Assembly: GCA_951406725.2 (NCBI GenBank)
Contig: OX597831.1
Location: 51,274,001 to 51,338,000 of the forward strand
DNA from: Octopus vulgaris
Taxonomy: Eukaryota
DNA length: 64,000 bases
Direction: 5' to 3'
A program made the position numbers and the translations under genes. Numbering within the stretch: position 1 is the stretch's first letter; each line of letters begins with the position of its first letter. Below are positions 60,501 through 64,000 of this stretch, in pieces. A model generated the notes under the pieces. It was not told the origin of the DNA. It saw nothing but the letters and a program-made list of their open reading frames with translations, and searched no databases.

Positions 60501-63042
60501 AATGAGTGTGTGAATCTGAGATGGTAATACATTGAATAAAATCATAATTAACTCAGGAGTGGCTGTGTGGTAAGTAGCTTGCTTACCAACCACATGGTTC
60601 CGGGTTCAGTCCCACTGCATGGCACCTTGGGCAAGTGTCTTCAACTATAGCCTCAGGCCAACCAAAGCCTTGTGAGCAGATTTGGTAGACGGAAACTGAA
60701 AGAAGCCTGTTGTATATATGTATATATATAGATATGTGTGTGTTTGTCCCCCCAACATAGCTTGACAACCAATACTGGTGTGTTTACGTTCCTGTAACTT
60801 AGCGGTTCAGCAAAAGATAATGATAGAATAAGTACTAGGCTTACAATGAATAAGACCTAGGGCTGATTTGTTCGACTAAAAGCGGTGCTCCAGCATGGCC
60901 GCAGTCAAATGACAGAAACAAGTAAAAGAGTAACTGATCTTCCTCTTTTTAATTTTACCCAAAGCCAGGAACTTTTCAGCACTCCATCTTATAAATCACT
61001 ACAATGACTGACTGACTGTCACTAACCAGAAGCAAAGTATTGTGTTTAAGAAAAAAGTTCCGGTGCAATACACCTATTTATAAACAGAACCATCAAGAAA
61101 TATAATTTTCTTAGCTTGCAATATTGAACAGAAATTATTCATTGATGTTCAAGAAAGTAGTGCTATTGCAGGCAAAGCCCTCTTGGTCTACTGCTTAAGA
61201 TGAAGCTTTTAGTGAGGCCCCAAGAATTCAACAATTTACAGAACATAATTTATTATTATTCACTATGTTTGGCAGCAGACATTTTTAATAGTTAATGATT
61301 CGCATTTTATTAAGAAAAATAATAATCTAATTTAATTATACAAATGACCCTGGTTTGCAATCTTATCCTGCATGAAGAATCACTGAATGGAAGTGGGGAC
61401 AAAAACAAATACTTACAATGTCCTCCTTTCATGGTTCCATAATGATTCTAAAAGAGAGAGAACAGAAAAATAAGAATTAAATGAAATTTCTCAAGGTTAA
61501 ATAAAAATGGAATTAAAGAACTTTGTTTGGATTTTTAAAAAGTTCATGGTTAATGGTAATGATATCTAAAAAATGTGTTTAGATTTTAAATTTAAAAAAA
61601 AAATGTCTTACCGAAACTGCATATAATTGGTAAAGCGACTTTGAGTTACTGCTGCACACATAATTGCTCATATCCAAAGTCTCTGTTGGAAAGTCTACAA
61701 ATGTATTCAGTTTATGTCTCCATACACCTTCATGAGAGAACCTGAAATCAAGGAGAATAATGCAACAGTAGTGGTAACAGAAAAACAGCAACAGTAATAG
61801 ATGTGGAGAAACTTAGGCCTGGCTGTATGTTTAAGAGGCTCACTTTGTAATCATGTGGTTTCAGGTTCAGTCCCACTGCACAGAACCTTGAGCAAAGTGA
61901 TTTCTAATATAGTCCTAGGCCAACCAATGCTTTGTGAGGGAATCTGGTAGGCAGAAACTGTGTGGGATCCTGTCGCGCGCGCACGTGCATGTGTGTGTGT
62001 GTGTGTGTGTATGCATGCACGCATGTATGTGCTTGTTAACCACATAGTTTCAGGTTCAGTCCCACAGAAAATCTGCCTCAATAAACTTCCTATTTTATAA
62101 AGATGACTTTCGTATGTATATAACAGAGTTGAAAAATTGATGTAACCAGGATGTTCTGCTGATCTGAAGAGCTAGCCTTCAATATCTACCTTAATTTGTA
62201 AATGTTCAATAGTACTATGCCGTGTCTAGCAGGCATATTAGTGTAGACATGTAAAACAGCTGTCATCCTATGGATATCAACTAGTGAAATAAATATATTC
62301 ATCTCTCATAACTCATTTAGTCTTGCCATTCAGAAAAGCCTGCAGCCCACTGTTTGCCCATGACTGATACAGATCATTTATATTCATTTATAATTTTGTC
62401 CAAATTTGATTTATCTTTAGATATATCTGTGTCAGTAACACATAAAAGGCACGCATGCTGGTAATACGTAAAAGACACCCAGTATGCTTTATAAAGCGGT
62501 TGGTATTAGGAAGGGCATCCAGCCATAGAAACAAAACCAAAACAGATATCTGAAGCCTGGTGCAGCTCTCCAACTTACCAGCTGCAGTCAAGCCATCTAA
62601 ACCTTGCTGACATGGAAAAAAGATATTGAATGATGATGGTGATATTAAACTTCAATAATTTCTTTAAGGGATTCTGTAGCTATCAATTAAACTTTCTGAT
62701 CAGGATTTTCAGAGGTTAAAATAAGACCTGGCCTTTATTTTGCAAACAAGAAAACATAATATTAAAAAGTAGCCTTAATCATTATTTATAAGTTTCAAAA
62801 CTAATGTTTTTTTTCATTTACAGAGAATAAAAGGCTAGCTAAGAATTCTTAAAGTACTTTTCTATACTATAAAAATTATCAAAACTTAGTCTCTCATACC
62901 GACTTAAACCAATAAGCAAAACAGGAGGTAATTTCCAAATATCCATTTTCTTCACTGTATCTCGCTGCCTTTTGCATTGAGGACAATTCCACCGAGAATC
63001 TCCAGTCATTTCTTCTTCCTTTAAGAACAACTCCAAACAATC
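56854..63042 (-). CDS. USP8: Ubiquitin carboxyl-terminal hydrolase 8, last five exons (gene continues beyond the window)
   Basis: Exons 62900-63042, 61612-61741, 61417-61447, 60012-60100 and 56854-56907 splice in phase to [95 protein letters not shown]..stop, the USP His box with USP8-like context. Confidence 0.9.
57561..58330. mobile_element. Three-armed (direct/inverted/direct) Penelope-like pLTR remnant next to a long (TA)n
   Basis: 57561-57690 pairs with 57711-57832, and about 57745-57976 pairs with 58099-58330. Confidence 0.8.
58084..58147 (+). ncRNA. Minimal type-I hammerhead ribozyme
   Basis: ATTCCC-CTGAAGA-GAC(extended stem II)GTT-GAAA-T TGCA A-TA-GGGAAT: intact core, 6-bp stem I, palindromic stem III, AUA cleavage triplet. 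Confidence 0.8.
60012..60100 (-). CDS. USP8: USP8 exon ([30 protein letters not shown])
   Basis: TTTTTAG acceptor, GTGAGT donor, WYKFDD motif. Confidence 0.92.
60555..60930 (+). mobile_element. Full-length tRNA-derived SINE with RTE-like 3' tail
   Basis: GGAGTGGCTGTGTGGTAAG head, GGTTCAGTCCC B box, tail GCGGTGCTCCAGCATGGCCGCAG..GAAACAAGTAAAAGA. Copies at about 27419-27718, 49925-50257(-) and 58740-59100. Confidence 0.8.
61417..61447 (-). CDS. USP8: USP8 31-nt exon with catalytic His box ([10 protein letters not shown])
   Basis: CTTTTAG acceptor, GTAAGT donor. Confidence 0.92.
61612..61741 (-). CDS. USP8: USP8 exon ([18 protein letters not shown]...YQLYAVS)
   Basis: TTTCAG acceptor, GTAAGA donor. 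Confidence 0.92.
62900..63042 (-). CDS. USP8: USP8 exon ([23 protein letters not shown]...[10 protein letters not shown])
   Basis: CCCCAG acceptor, GTATGA donor. Confidence 0.92.
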
Positions 63043-64000
63043 CTGGGGTGAACAAGAAAATATTTTGCTACTAATTTGCTGAAGAGGGAACAAAATTGAT
63101 TCAGACAGCTCCAGTATGATAACAAGATTATTTTATAGAGAAAAGAAAAACCAAGTAAACTCAAGCAGAATTTGAACTCGGAATACATGGCTTCTTAATC
63201 CGGTGTTTTTTTAAAATAATTAAAATAATCAAAATACAAATAAACTTGTTTAACATTTACAGTATACATACATTACAAAATCAATACCATTGTATACTTG
63301 AAGAAAAGAACAGAATCATCAGAGTACAGGACAAATAAATAGAGATATTTTTCTAGTTCTATTAGGTTCTAAGTTTAAATACCACCATGGTCAACTCTGC
63401 CACTCATCTTTTGGGGGTGGGGTGGGGTCATTAAGATAAAGTGCCACTCATGTACTAAGGTTGATGTAACTGACTAGCCCTTAGCCCAAAACTGCTGATA
63501 CAGGACCAAAATTAGATATTATTATACATTTGAAAAAAGTTGAGAAACCATTAAGATTGACTGCCTGATACAAGAAACTGAACCCCTGATTATGCTAATG
63601 TGATTGAAGAATTGCTTTTCCTCCCTTGCTTTTCATCTACTTCTGTATAATGTCAGTTTCTTGAGATGATCAAAAGTGGTTCACATTTTCAATAGTCTGA
63701 ATTGAAACAAGCATAATTGTAGAATATCTGACCAAACATCATGCTACATTAGTGGAGAAATTGTTAAAATTTATGCCCATACAGGAGTTGAACCCACCTT
63801 TGAAGTTCACAAAACACCCATTAATTATAGGGTTTCCAGCCCAAATGGTATAGCAGTGATGTGTAATTTGGATAAGTACCCATTTACAGCTAAGTAGACT
63901 TGGGCCACAATACCATCCATCCATCATTTTCTCTGCCTTCTGGGAGGGTTGTGGTGGGATAGAGACTTCTATAGGGTCCTATTAGAAGCAACAGCCATTA

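Overview
AT-rich, microsatellite- and SINE-dense eukaryotic genomic DNA; the repeat families suggest an octopus or other coleoid cephalopod (inference, no search run). Two spliced genes face each other tail-to-tail: a 14-coding-exon coiled-coil gene on + (24057-54624, 499 aa, FLACC1/ALS2CR12-like) and the last five exons of USP8 on - (63042-56854). The left third is intergenic. It carries two identical variant U1 snRNA genes (8404-8566 -, 15561-15723 +) inside a 2.2/2.7 kb inverted duplication, plus Gypsy, L1/Tx1, LTR, Helitron, Merlin and RTE remnants. The main unexplained structures are: (i) four intronic fold-back elements at (TA)n tracts carrying minimal type-I hammerhead ribozyme motifs of the Penelope-like kind, showing three different 3-8 core pairs (C-G, G-C, U-A) and including an ~810-bp near-perfect palindrome; (ii) a 1.8-kb composite satellite of phased A-tract 35-mers and LINE 3' tails with an inverted centre; (iii) U1 genes with altered U1-70K loop and Sm site. 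All calls were made by eye and family names are from recalled motifs.
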